Positions 19,660 through 30,600 of a stretch of 64,000 bases of DNA are shown piece after piece. The DNA lies in assembly GCA_009392915.1 (NCBI GenBank), contig CP045477.1, positions 320,001-384,000 of the forward strand, written 5' to 3'. The notes below the pieces were generated by a model. The model saw nothing but the letters and a program-made list of their open reading frames with translations, was not told the origin of the DNA and did no database searches. Numbering within the stretch: the stretch's first letter is position 1; the number at the start of each line of letters is the position of its first letter. This DNA is from Candidatus Forterrea multitransposorum CG_2015-17_Forterrea_25_41 (lineage in GTDB: Archaea > Iainarchaeota > Iainarchaeia > Iainarchaeales > CSSED10-239). Made by a program: the position numbers and the translations under genes.

Positions 19660-21900
19660 ATGGATGAAAAAATACCTAGAGGATCTCCTGGACAACTTTA
19701 TAGTTCAATTTCCGTAGAATCCAGAGATTTTTCTTTAGATGAAGATAAACTATCTAAAAAAGTCGAAAATGGATATGTTTTATTTTGTAAAAAAGTATAT
19801 AATCAATTTCCTTCTCTTGGTAACAATACTAAATATGATGAAAAATTACAATCAACAATTGATTTCTTAAAATGGGATTTAAAAGCTGAAGAGTATTTTG
19901 CAGGTTATAAATTTGTAATTTTTGCAGGTATTTTTTTAACTTTTGTAACAGTATTATTATTATATTCTTATCTTCTTCCAACTCTTACAAAAATGTTTGG
20001 AAATGCAATGGTTCCTACAGTTTTTATTTTTGGAGGTCCAATTGTTCTTTTTATTCTAGGAATTGATTCTTTTAAAAATTATCCTCACAAAAAACTTAAT
20101 CTAGAAAAAATATATGCACTAACTTTTGTACCTGAAATCTTAGGGTATATGATAATGTCAATGAAACTTGTTCCAAATCTTGAAAAAGCAATTGAGTTTG
20201 CATCAAGTCATGGTCACGGTAAAATTGCAGATGACTTAAAAACTTTACTTTGGGAAGTAAAGGTTGGAATTAAAACAAGTGTTGCAGAAGCAATAGATGA
20301 ACTTGCTTATAAATGGGGAGATGTTTCTCAAGAATTTAAAAAGTCTTTAATGAAAATAAGGTCTAGTGTTATTGAAATATCTGAATCAAAAAGATATCAA
20401 ATATTAGATCAAACAATGGAAGACACTTTAACCTCTATTAAAGGAAAACTAGAAGAATATGCAAGAGGGCTTTCACAACCTGCAATGGTTATGTTTTATC
20501 TAGGTATTTTACTTCCTTTATTATTAATTATTATATTACCAGTAGGTTCTGCTTTTTCAGATTCAAATCTTGCAAGACCAATTTATTTAATTTTAATTTA
20601 TAATCTAATAATACCTATTGGTTGTTTAATTTTTGCAAGAAAAGTTATAAGAGAAAGACCAATAACATATATTCCTCCAGTTATTCCAGATAATCATCCT
20701 GATCTTCCTGCAAAAAATACAATGGTATTTGGAAGTTTTAAAATAAACATTTATGTTTTATTAATAATTGTTGGAACAATTCTAGTTGCAGGAAGTATTT
20801 TTACACAAGCAACTTTTGGAAAAACAAGATATAATGTTTTACTTTCAGAAGGATATATTCAACAAGGAGAAGATATTTCTCAAGCAGACTTTTTATGTAC
20901 TACAGAAGAACTAGTCTATAAAGCAACAGAACCTAAATTTCAATGTGCTTCTGAAAGAGATTTTTGGCAAAGACCTGAAAACAATACTACTCCTTTTTTC
21001 ATAATTTATGGATCTTTATTAACAATTAGTTTTTTAGTTTCAATTTATTTATATGGTAAAAATATTTACAAAAGAAGAGTTCAAGTTAATTCTCAAAAAA
21101 TGGAAGATGAGTTTAAAGATGCATTATATGTAATTGCAAGTAGATTAGGTGAAAATAAACCAATTGAAGAGGCCTTAAATCATACTAAAAATTTCCTTCC
21201 AAATTCTTTAATTGCACAAAATATTTTTGCAAGAACTTTAGATAATATTAGAATAATGGGTCTTAATTTAAAAGCTTCTTTGTTTGATCCTAATTATGGA
21301 GCTTTAAAAAATAATCCTTCTAGGTTAATTAATAGTGCAATGCTATTAGTCGTAGACTCTGTTCAATTAGGTGTATCTGTAGCTGCAAAAACATTAATGT
21401 CCTATTCAATGCAACTTAGAAATACTGATGAAGTATCTAAAATGCTTACAAGTTTAATTGCAGATATTACTGGAACATTAAATAGTATGGCAAAATTTAT
21501 TGCACCAATTGTTCTTGGTATTACAACTGCTCTTCAAAAAATTGTAATGTCAACATTAAACTCTATATCTTCAAGTAATGTTATGCAAGATATGGAAAAA
21601 ATGGTTCAAGGTATTGGTGAAGGTGCTACTGCTGCAGGACTTGGAAGTGTAAATATAGGTGGTGTTTCAGGTTTAGGAACCTCCATTGATCCTACAAAAA
21701 TAGCACAGTTTGCAAGTGCAACAACATTTTTAATAATTGTTGCAATATATGTTATACAGATTGTAATAATTATTGTATATTTTACAACAATGATAGAACA
21801 AGAAAACATTATCTTAGCAAAGGTAAGAATTGCACAAACTTTACCAATTGCAACAATTTTGTTTATATTAACAACAATTTTATCCAATTTTTTATTTTAA
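19660..21900 (+). CDS. FlaJ/TadC-like type IV pilus (archaellum-related) membrane platform protein
   Basis: 746 aa with about 9 TM and two cytoplasmic T2SSF-like segments ('FVPEILGYMIMSMKLVPNLEKAIEFAS...' and 'FKDALYVIASRLGENKPIEEALNHT...'). Pilin genes follow immediately. Confidence 0.6.
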   Translation: MDEKIPRGSPGQLYSSISVESRDFSLDEDKLSKKVENGYVLFCKKVYNQFPSLGNNTKYDEKLQSTIDFLKWDLKAEEYFAGYKFVIFAGIFLTFVTVLLLYSYLLPTLTKMFGNAMVPTVFIFGGPIVLFILGIDSFKNYPHKKLNLEKIYALTFVPEILGYMIMSMKLVPNLEKAIEFASSHGHGKIADDLKTLLWEVKVGIKTSVAEAIDELAYKWGDVSQEFKKSLMKIRSSVIEISESKRYQILDQTMEDTLTSIKGKLEEYARGLSQPAMVMFYLGILLPLLLIIILPVGSAFSDSNLARPIYLILIYNLIIPIGCLIFARKVIRERPITYIPPVIPDNHPDLPAKNTMVFGSFKINIYVLLIIVGTILVAGSIFTQATFGKTRYNVLLSEGYIQQGEDISQADFLCTTEELVYKATEPKFQCASERDFWQRPENNTTPFFIIYGSLLTISFLVSIYLYGKNIYKRRVQVNSQKMEDEFKDALYVIASRLGENKPIEEALNHTKNFLPNSLIAQNIFARTLDNIRIMGLNLKASLFDPNYGALKNNPSRLINSAMLLVVDSVQLGVSVAAKTLMSYSMQLRNTDEVSKMLTSLIADITGTLNSMAKFIAPIVLGITTALQKIVMSTLNSISSSNVMQDMEKMVQGIGEGATAAGLGSVNIGGVSGLGTSIDPTKIAQFASATTFLIIVAIYVIQIVIIIVYFTTMIEQENIILAKVRIAQTLPIATILFILTTILSNFLF

Positions 21901-21914
21901 AAAAATGAGTATAA

Positions 21915-22433
21915 ATGTTTATAAAAAATAATAAAGGACAAGCTTTTGAAGCATATCAATTATTGATTGCATTTATTATAGCAACTGCTATTTTAGGAAT
22001 TATTGTAATGATGATTTCAAAAACAAATAGTCAAGCAATAATTATTAGTAATCAAAAGATTGAAGATGCTTTTACTTCTGCAATAAATAGTCCTGTAATT
22101 AGTATGGAAAAACCTTTTGTTGTAAAAGATGTTTTAATAACAGGTATTTTAAGTTATGAAAGATATGAACAAATTTCAGGTATTGAAGAAGGGTGCTTTG
22201 GGTTTATTGTAGGGCCTGGAGTTACTTTACAACCATATGGAGTTATTGTTGATAAAAAATATTTAAAAACAAATGTTTATTTTTCATGTGGTTTAAGAAA
22301 CATGAGTGGTCTTCCTGATGAAATTTATCCAGGTGTATCTGGAAATAGGCCTTTTCAAGATGATCCTTCAAGGGAATGTGAAAGATTATTTTGTGTAATG
22401 TATATTAATAAAACTCCAGAAGTTTTAAATTAG
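21915..22433 (+). CDS. Archaeal type IV pilin (class III signal peptide)
   Basis: 'MFIKNNKG|QAFEAYQLLIAFIIATAILGIIVMMI': basic N-terminus, KG|Q cleavage motif, then a hydrophobic helix. Confidence 0.6.
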   Translation: MFIKNNKGQAFEAYQLLIAFIIATAILGIIVMMISKTNSQAIIISNQKIEDAFTSAINSPVISMEKPFVVKDVLITGILSYERYEQISGIEEGCFGFIVGPGVTLQPYGVIVDKKYLKTNVYFSCGLRNMSGLPDEIYPGVSGNRPFQDDPSRECERLFCVMYINKTPEVLN

Positions 22434-22449
22434 ATTAAAAGAAGTAATT

Positions 22450-22953
22450 ATGAATAAAAATAAATGGACAAGAAATATTAAATATTTTTTAATTGCTATA
22501 ATAATACTTGTTTTTGGATATTTTTTTGGAATAATTATTTTAGGTATAATTGCGTTAATTATTGTTTTAATGAGTATTTTATTTTTAATATCTTTATTAT
22601 TTAATAAATCATTAGATTTTTTCTTAAATAAAAAAGTAAGATTGTTTATAACAATGTTTTTTTCTCTTGCAATATCTTATGGATTTATTATGTTATTTTG
22701 GAAAAGTATAGATTCTATTTTAAATGTAGTTTTAAAAATTTCTGTTATCTGGGCAATTACTGCTTTTATTTTTGGATCTCTTTGGAATATTTTTGTTATT
22801 AGAAAAAGAGTAGTTTATAAAAATAAAGTTTTTGATTATAAAGAAAAAGATTTAAAGATTGGAATTCAGTTTAAAGATATTATATTTATGATTTTAATTC
22901 CTTTAATCTTTAGTTTAACATTTAGTATTTTAAAAGGAATTTTAATAATATAA
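22450..22953 (+). CDS. Polytopic membrane protein in pilus locus
   Basis: 167 aa, 4 TM. No prepilin-peptidase Asp motifs recognised. Confidence 0.35.
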   Translation: MNKNKWTRNIKYFLIAIIILVFGYFFGIIILGIIALIIVLMSILFLISLLFNKSLDFFLNKKVRLFITMFFSLAISYGFIMLFWKSIDSILNVVLKISVIWAITAFIFGSLWNIFVIRKRVVYKNKVFDYKEKDLKIGIQFKDIIFMILIPLIFSLTFSILKGILII

Positions 22954-23019
22954 TAACATTTAAATATCTTTTGGACTAAAAAATTAATAAATATTATATT
23001 ATTGAGGTGAAAAATAATT

Positions 23020-23553
23020 ATGAAATTAATATCTTTAAAAAATAGTAAAGGTCAAGCTTTCTCAACATTTCAGTTATTAATTGCTGCTGTTGTTGCTTTA
23101 GCTTTATTAGGTGTATTAATGCCAATTATTGGTGGAATTAATCCTGGTACAGACCGTTTAGTTGATGCTTTAAAAGAAAGAATTAATACTCAACAAGATC
23201 AACCAGGAACTTTAACCTTAACTGATGAAATAAAAGTATCTTCAAAAGGAGATCCGTATGTTTCTGCAGCAACAATTACAGAAGGAACAGGACTAGCTGA
23301 TGATCAAGTAAAATTTATGTTAAATGGATATGAAAATGATTTTGCAGTTAACGAAGGTAATAATGTTTTAGAAGTTAGAGCTTCAAGTTCAGTAACATAT
23401 CAATTTGGAGTTTTATGTCATAGAAATTTTGAAGAACTTGAAAACTCTATAAATGATTATTCATCAATTATTAAAGAAACAGAAGATCTTCCTACATTTG
23501 ATGAAGAAAACGATAATGTAAGAGTATGTGTTGTTGTTCCAGTAAAAAGATAA
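23020..23553 (+). CDS. Archaeal type IV pilin (class III signal peptide)
   Basis: 'MKLISLKNSKG|QAFSTFQLLIAAVVALALLGVLM'. Preceded by a 'GAGGTGA' Shine-Dalgarno. Confidence 0.65.
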   Translation: MKLISLKNSKGQAFSTFQLLIAAVVALALLGVLMPIIGGINPGTDRLVDALKERINTQQDQPGTLTLTDEIKVSSKGDPYVSAATITEGTGLADDQVKFMLNGYENDFAVNEGNNVLEVRASSSVTYQFGVLCHRNFEELENSINDYSSIIKETEDLPTFDEENDNVRVCVVVPVKR

Positions 23554-23576
23554 AATTAGTTTAAAAAAGATAATAT

Positions 23577-23777
23577 ATGAAAACAATTAAAAAGAAAATT
23601 TTAATGATCCTAAAAGATCAAAAAGGACAAACAGAGTCTAATACAGTTTTCTTTTTAATTGTTGTCGCTATTGTTGCAATAATTTTGATTGCTGTTGTAA
23701 AACCAATGTTTAATAAATCAGTAAAAACTTCAGCAAAACAAGCAGCACTTCCTTCTCAAACGATACCTGTTGAATAA
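23577..23777 (+). CDS. Short pilin-like protein (class III signal peptide)
   Basis: '...LKDQKG|QTESNTVFFLIVVAIVAIILIAVV'; 66 aa. Confidence 0.5.
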   Translation: MKTIKKKILMILKDQKGQTESNTVFFLIVVAIVAIILIAVVKPMFNKSVKTSAKQAALPSQTIPVE

Positions 23778-23836
23778 ATAATTTTATTTAAAAAAGAAAA
23801 CTATTTTAAATACTTCTTATAATATCTTTATAATAT

Positions 23837-24418
23837 ATGTTATTAAAGATATCAAATAAAGCACAAATGAGTGCACCTTTTGAATTATTAGTTGCAATTA
23901 TAGTTATGATTTTTGTAGTTGCTGCAGGAAGCTATGCTCTTGCAAACTTAAATGAAAATACTTGTCTTGGAAATAAAAGACAAGAAATGAGTAATCTTGT
24001 TTCTTCTTTAAGAGAAGTTGTTTTAGGATCAGATCTAGCATACAGAACAATTGATTTTTCAACAAAAGCATGTTATAATGAAAATAATGAACAAACATAT
24101 CTAAGAGTGGTTGATAATGATAGAGATGTTTGTGAAAGATTTTGTGGGTCTGGAACAAGCTGTATTCTTTTACAATACCAGTATGTTGATGAAGTTAAAC
24201 TTGATTATAAATATCCAATAGATCCTGTTTGTACATATCTTCCTACAAATTTAGTTTTTGGTTCAGATACAGATTGTGGAATAGACCCAGATGTTACTAA
24301 TGAAGAAACTATTGATCCTACTGAAGATAATTCAAATATAAAAAGAGGAACATATAAAATATATAAACTATCAAATTCAGGTCCTTTATATAAAGTTTGT
24401 ATGATAAAAATAAGGTGA
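23837..24418 (+). CDS. Archaeal type IV pilin-like protein
   Basis: 'MLLKISNKA|QMSAPFELLVAIIVMIFVVAAGS'; 193 aa; Cys-rich globular part. Confidence 0.55.
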   Translation: MLLKISNKAQMSAPFELLVAIIVMIFVVAAGSYALANLNENTCLGNKRQEMSNLVSSLREVVLGSDLAYRTIDFSTKACYNENNEQTYLRVVDNDRDVCERFCGSGTSCILLQYQYVDEVKLDYKYPIDPVCTYLPTNLVFGSDTDCGIDPDVTNEETIDPTEDNSNIKRGTYKIYKLSNSGPLYKVCMIKIR

Positions 24419-24426
24419 TTTTTTAA

Positions 24427-25074
24427 ATGTTTGATTTTGCTCTTTCAAAAATAAATATGTTAATTTTTGTAACTGCAATAGCTGTAGTTGTAATTTTTTT
24501 TATGAATACCTTAAATGATACTCTTAAAACAAGACAAAGTTATGAACTTGCATTTAAAATAGGTAAAGAAATCAAGACTGTAATTGATTCAGATAGTTAT
24601 TGTTCAATAAAATTTATTGAAGTTCCTAAAACAATAAGAATTAGAGAAGGAAGTAGTCTTTCTGGAATTACTTATAAGCTAGGATTAAAAAGTTATATGC
24701 AACTTGATAATCAATCACTAATTATTTATTTAACTGATTTAAAAGAAAAAAATATTCTTGGAGCTTATAATTTAGATTATAATGGAACAATTAATTTTTT
24801 TTCTTCAGAATATAATAACACAGAATATAGATTTAATAATGAAGGTGAAGAAGAAATAGTTTATTACCCTAGAGAAGAAAATTCAAATACTACAAGTTTA
24901 TTAATTCTTAAAAATATTGAAAACAATGAAAATAATTATTTTGTAATACCATGTGAAAAAAAATATGGTGAATATAGTTGTAAGAGATATGTTTGTCAAG
25001 ATAATGATGATATAAAAGATTTTTCTTGTTTAAATGATTTCTGTAGCACATCTATGGAGGAAAATAATACATGA
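24427..25074 (+). CDS. Pilin-like or pilus accessory protein
   Basis: N-terminal hydrophobic helix 'INMLIFVTAIAVVVIFFMN' without a clear KG motif. Its stop overlaps the next start (ATGA). Confidence 0.35.
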   Translation: MFDFALSKINMLIFVTAIAVVVIFFMNTLNDTLKTRQSYELAFKIGKEIKTVIDSDSYCSIKFIEVPKTIRIREGSSLSGITYKLGLKSYMQLDNQSLIIYLTDLKEKNILGAYNLDYNGTINFFSSEYNNTEYRFNNEGEEEIVYYPREENSNTTSLLILKNIENNENNYFVIPCEKKYGEYSCKRYVCQDNDDIKDFSCLNDFCSTSMEENNT

Positions 25075-25592
25075 ATCAAAAAGGATTTATAGGATCAATT
25101 GGAGATGATCTTCCAAGTCTTATTCCAATCTTTTTAGGTTTAGTTGTATTTTTTTCTGTATTCTTAGGTGTATTTAATGATTATAATGCAAAAAATAGAG
25201 TTTATACTTTAAATCAAGAAGCTGTTGAAATTTCTATGCAACTTAAATCAGATCCTGTTATTGTTAGTTATGATCATTTTATTGAAAAATGTAATGAGAT
25301 TAATACTCCAAAAAACTGGAATGCTTTTTTAGTTGATCTGCCACAAAATACTGAAGATTTTAAGTCTATAACTTTAGAAGATATTTATGATGATTATCAA
25401 AATAATGTAATAAAAATAGAAAATCCTGATTTTGGCACAGAAAATTATTTTATCTGTAATGAAGATGAAGAGAACTTAGATCAATTAAAAGATACTTCTA
25501 AAAATATAATTAATTTTTTATATCCTGTAGTTTTACAAAACCAGGATGGTTATTCAACAACTGCAAGATTATATATTTTAATATGGGAATAA
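25071..25592 (+). CDS. Pilin-like or pilus accessory protein
   Basis: 'MNQKG|FIGSIGDDLPSLIPIFLGLVVFFSV'; 173 aa. Confidence 0.4.
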   Translation: MNQKGFIGSIGDDLPSLIPIFLGLVVFFSVFLGVFNDYNAKNRVYTLNQEAVEISMQLKSDPVIVSYDHFIEKCNEINTPKNWNAFLVDLPQNTEDFKSITLEDIYDDYQNNVIKIENPDFGTENYFICNEDEENLDQLKDTSKNIINFLYPVVLQNQDGYSTTARLYILIWE

Positions 25593-25593
25593 A

Positions 25594-26343
25594 ATGAAAC
25601 TGAAATTAAAAAATTATAAAGGCCAAGCTGCAATGACAGATTCTTTGTTTTTTTTAACAATAATTGTAGCTTTGTGTGTTTTATTATTTCAATTTTCTGC
25701 AACATATGGAGAAAGAGTAGATCTTGCAATTAATAATTTATATTTTAAAGAATACACAAATTCAAGTCTTAAGACAATTTATTATACAGATATACCCTTA
25801 GATAATACTAAAGATATAGAGGATAGTTTAGAAACTGATTATTTAATTACATCTTTAAAAAGTGATTATTTAAGTGATGAAAAAATAGGTTATAGTGATA
25901 TTAATTCTTTAAATAAAGATGATGTTAAGGATCTTTCAAAATATAATTTATTCCATACAATTAAATCTTTAATGTATGCACTTCCAAATTATGATTATAT
26001 TTATTATATACAAGAATCAAGTGGACAAAAATTTATTTATTTTATGCTAAAAATAAATAATTTTGAAGATAATGAGCTTGAACAACTTTATTATTTATGT
26101 GAACCTACATCTATTAATCCAGTAAGAAATGTTGTTCAGAGAACAAATAAAATATATTCATCTTCTTCTCCTCAAATATATCAAACAAAAGATACTGGAG
26201 AAGTAAGAGCAACTTCTAATTTAACAATATGGCCTTCAACAAGCAGTATTAATAAAGAATATCTAGAAGGAAGATTAGACTCTCTTACTGATAATGAAAT
26301 TGAAAATATAACTAATTTAAAATGTAAAGAATATATTGAATAA
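25594..26343 (+). CDS. Archaeal type IV pilin (class III signal peptide)
   Basis: 'MKLKLKNYKG|QAAMTDSLFFLTIIVALCVLLF'; 249 aa. Confidence 0.55.
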   Translation: MKLKLKNYKGQAAMTDSLFFLTIIVALCVLLFQFSATYGERVDLAINNLYFKEYTNSSLKTIYYTDIPLDNTKDIEDSLETDYLITSLKSDYLSDEKIGYSDINSLNKDDVKDLSKYNLFHTIKSLMYALPNYDYIYYIQESSGQKFIYFMLKINNFEDNELEQLYYLCEPTSINPVRNVVQRTNKIYSSSSPQIYQTKDTGEVRATSNLTIWPSTSSINKEYLEGRLDSLTDNEIENITNLKCKEYIE

Positions 26344-26348
26344 GAAGA

Positions 26349-27074
26349 CTAAAACTTTAAACCTAAGTCATCTTCATTATCTTCTTCAAGATCTAAAGAA
26401 TCAGAATCATCGTCCAATAAATCTTGTATATCAGAATCTTCTTTTTTCTTAGTTTTCTTTTCTTCTTTAACATTTTTTTTAGAAGGTTCTTCTTTCTTTT
26501 TTGAAGTTTCTTTTTTTGGTGCTAATTTATTTTCATTTCTTATTTCTTCAGATTCAAGTTGATTAAAAACATCTTCAACTAAAGATTTCATATTGTCTGT
26601 TTCAACTATTTCTCCTGATTCATCTTTAGAGGCTCTATAATGTTTACTACTTTTAATAGTTTCTTGAATTTCTTCTTTTTTAAAATTATTTAAATTATCA
26701 TCATTACTTACTTGAGAATAAATAGCATCAGCAATACTATCTATGTCAGGAGCTACAATATCTGAAATGTTTCTTAAAACTTTTTGAATCTTTTCATCTT
26801 TATGTACAATTAGTTTTTTCTTTTGACCAACATCTAAAAGACTTTTAATATTATCCTCTTCTTCACTGTTATCTTGATAAGTTTTAGAAGAATAATTATG
26901 TTTTTCTTCATGTCCAAAAGGTACATCTGAATAAACAATTTCTCCATTTATATATTTTCTAAAATGTCTTCTTTCTCTTCTAGGTACTTTTTCAATTTCC
27001 ATATTTAATTTTCTCTTTAATTTTCTTATTTTTATATAAATTAATATATATAATAAGCCTTTTAAATCTTTCAA
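26349..27074 (-). CDS. Acidic hypothetical protein
   Basis: The first 24 ORF-track residues translate AT-rich upstream sequence, so the likely start is M at 27002 ('MEIEKVP'). C-terminal D/E-rich tail 'DLLDDDSDSLDLEEDNEDDLGLKF'. Confidence 0.35.
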   Translation of the reverse strand: MKDLKGLLYILIYIKIRKLKRKLNMEIEKVPRRERRHFRKYINGEIVYSDVPFGHEEKHNYSSKTYQDNSEEEDNIKSLLDVGQKKKLIVHKDEKIQKVLRNISDIVAPDIDSIADAIYSQVSNDDNLNNFKKEEIQETIKSSKHYRASKDESGEIVETDNMKSLVEDVFNQLESEEIRNENKLAPKKETSKKKEEPSKKNVKEEKKTKKKEDSDIQDLLDDDSDSLDLEEDNEDDLGLKF

Positions 27075-27117
27075 TTAATATATATTATAGATATATTATA
27101 TTTTTGGGGATAAATTA

Positions 27118-27618
27118 ATGGAAAACATATTTCAAACAATCTTAAATTATTTATTATTTATTTTAAAGTTAGTTGGTGTTTCAATACTTTTCTCAATTCC
27201 TTTCTTTATAATTGTAAAAATATTCAAATCTAAATTTATTAATTTAAGAAAGAAATTTAGTGTTATTGGTTCTCTTTTTATAATTATTTATATAATTTCA
27301 TACATTATTTTATTATTAATTTATTTTTTACCAATTATTTCAACTTTTTATCAAGATTTAACATTTTGGCAATCAGTAGGTTTTATTTTCTATCATTTAA
27401 TAAGATTAATTTTAATTAACATAATAATTTCAGGAGTTATTCTTTCCTTTTCATTTATAACTCTTGCAATTTATGATAAGTCTGAAACAAATAAAAAGAA
27501 ACCTTATCATAATCTTAATTTATTTAAAAGTCTAATAATTACAAATATAATTATATTTTTTATATTATTAGTCTTTCCAAAATTAATAGCATTATTAGTT
27601 TATTTAATATATATATAA
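27118..27618 (+). CDS. Polytopic membrane protein
   Basis: 166 aa, 5 TM. Ends 13 nt before the giant surface protein gene. Confidence 0.4.
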   Translation: MENIFQTILNYLLFILKLVGVSILFSIPFFIIVKIFKSKFINLRKKFSVIGSLFIIIYIISYIILLLIYFLPIISTFYQDLTFWQSVGFIFYHLIRLILINIIISGVILSFSFITLAIYDKSETNKKKPYHNLNLFKSLIITNIIIFFILLVFPKLIALLVYLIYI

Positions 27619-27631
27619 AAAAAGAGAAACT

Positions 27632-30600
27632 ATGAAAACAAAAAGACTTTGGGCAATATTTTTTTTAATATTAATGATAAATGGAGTTTTTGCATCTACA
27701 ATAGATCCAAACAGAGTATTTTCAACTGAAGATACATCTTATTATTTTGATGATGCTATTCCAATTAATTATACAGATGAACCTATAAACTATACTCAAG
27801 ATAAAGTTATTTCAGAATGTTACACAGAAGAGCTTTCTCCTGAAGCTGTAGAAAATATTTGGAATGAGATTTTAGTTAATGGTTTTAAAGCTGATTTAAT
27901 AACAAGTGATCAACCTGCAAACTTAAATAGAGAAACATTAAAAGCAAATGAAGTTATAATTACAGACAAAGATACAAAATCAGGAGATGTTGTAGGAAAA
28001 ACAGAAATTCCTGATAAAATAATGGATCCTTTAGAAGTTCCAACTATTTTAGGTCAAGTATGTTATGGTCCTTTTTCAAGTGGACTTGATCTTGATAGTA
28101 CCCTAAGAGTTGGAAGATGTGCTGGTGGAGACCAAGCAGCTTGTTATCTTGAAGGAGAAGGATTATTTAGACAAAATGGAAGTTATGGTTTTATTGATCA
28201 AACTTTTTCTGTAAGTAAAGATTTTTTAGATATGTTAGGTCTTAAAAAATTAGAAGAAGTTTCAAATGAATTAATTGACCCAGAGTTAGATTATGATACA
28301 AATGTTGATTTAGGTTTATTTTCTGATATGTCTTATGAAGAACTTGCAGAGTTTAGAAAAAGTCAATTTCAAGATAGTAATTTAACTGAAATAGATATTA
28401 AAAAAATGGAATTAGTTTTAGATAAAGCTATTGAAAACAGTATGTTTACTGATTCTTTTAATGCAAGTATGGAAAGCACTTGTAATTCTGATAATTGTTA
28501 TATTAACATGTATTCTCTTTTTGACAAAGTTTTTAATCAATATTATTCTGCTGATATGGTATTTACTTCAGCATCTCCTGTTCTTTGGAAATTTACTGGA
28601 AAAATATTTAGAAATGTACCAAATAAACTTGGAGCTCAAAAATTAATTGCATCTGATAAGATTGGTGGAATAAGAGGTAAAAATGGTTTTTTAGATAATT
28701 TTTTAAATAAAGATATGAGTGCAGTAAGTTCTGCAGTACAAACCTATAAATATTCAAAGATTACAAAAAACATTGATGATTATGCTGCTAAACTTGCAAA
28801 AAGTAATGACAATATAATCAAGAATATTAATAGATATAACATGAAACCAGAGTTTGATAAATATGTAAATGCTTTAAACTCTAAAAAGAATGCAGACACA
28901 ATTAAAAATGAATTCTTTAAAGATGGAGCTTTTGCAAAAATGAATAAACCTCAACAAAGAGTGTTCATGGAATCTGTTCTTGAATATCAAAACAATATTA
29001 GAACAGTTAGAATGGTACAAGATTTTACAACTGATAATTTAAAAAATACTTTAAAAGAACCTCTTGAAAATTTATTTAATAAATCTAAAACAATGGAAGA
29101 CTTTTATCAATCTTTAACAAAAGAAGAATATGATCTTTTACTTGAAGAAACAAAAAGATTAAATGGTCTTAATAAATCATTTTCAACATTTACTGAAAAT
29201 AAATTTAAATGGGATGATGGTGCTGATAATATCACTCTTTTAAAAGAAAGAGGAAAAATAATTAATGATGAAGAAGTTTTATTAAATAAAGTAAGACTTA
29301 AAAATGAAGTAACTTCAACAGAACTTACAGGATCTTCTAAATTTGGAGATATTATTTCTGAAAATAAAGTTTCTCCTTTCCAAACTAAAAAAATAACTGT
29401 TAATTTTAAAGATGGTCCAAGTGAGGTTGAAGTAATTATTCCTTTTAAAGAAAAAATAAGTGATACTTCAACTATGCTTAATTATAATGATATAATATAT
29501 AACAAAAAACCAGATGTATTAATAGAATATGTTGCAAAAGATGGAACTGCAAAAAAAGTGAGAGGCTCTGTAATTGATATTGGAGATGTTGATCCTGGTA
29601 AACAAATAAATATGAGAGATATTAAAGATACTGCAGTTCCTGATGCAGAACTTTCAAAATATGGAATTAATCCTTTAGAAGTATCTTATGGTTATTTACA
29701 AGAACTTGGAATTAAAAAAATAAAAGATGCAGAAATAGTAACTGATGGTGTCGTAAGTGTTTTAAAAGACCAAGGATGGAGTACAGGAAGAGGATTAAGT
29801 TATATAAATCAAAGAATGAAACAACAAACTGTAACTCAATGGGATAAAAGAGGATTTAATATAATGTCAGATTCTGCAAAAGCTTATCTTTATAATTTTG
29901 GATATTGGCAATTTAAAACAGCTGGTTCAACTATATTTGGTGGAGCTTTTGATAGATATAGTATGTTTAGAATACCAGAAACATATACTTCTATTATTTT
30001 TAAACATGGTGAAAGTGGAGATATATACAATGATTCTTATATAGATTTCTTTGCAAATGATGGTTCTGATCAAGGAGATCTTTTTATGGATTATTTTAAT
30101 TCAATTATATTTTGGATGGTAAATCTTCCTAAAGGTGCTTTAGAAAACACAGAGTGGGAAACAACACAAGGTTTTTCAAACTGGATAACAGAACTAACTG
30201 AAGGACATATAAGAAGAAGTTCTACAGATAATATTGCAATATTAACTGATGCAATGAACAATAATTGTTCAACAACTTCTTGTCATATAAAAGTTGGAGA
30301 CTCTTCTCTTCTTGAAGAAGTTACAAGAAGTAAATCTATGGATGCAAATAATTCAACATCTACAAGTCTTAAGAAAAATATTGAAGTTAATTATGCAACT
30401 GGAAATGCAATAAAAACAACAAGTTATATTTTAGAAAACACAAGTGAAGAAAACTTTGAAGAAGAAGGACAAACATTAATTGCATTTTCTCATCATACAG
30501 ATTATGATGGTTCTCTTGCAGGTTTTAACTCTACAGATTCAGTAAATCTTTTACAATCAATTAACGAAGAAGAAACTTGTTCTGATAAACTTAAAAATTT

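Noticed and set aside
22450-22953. Possible prepilin peptidase (FlaK/PibD) in the pilus locus
   Set aside because: The 167-aa membrane protein is shorter than known archaeal A24 peptidases. I could not place the two catalytic Asp motifs, so it is left as an unassigned membrane protein.
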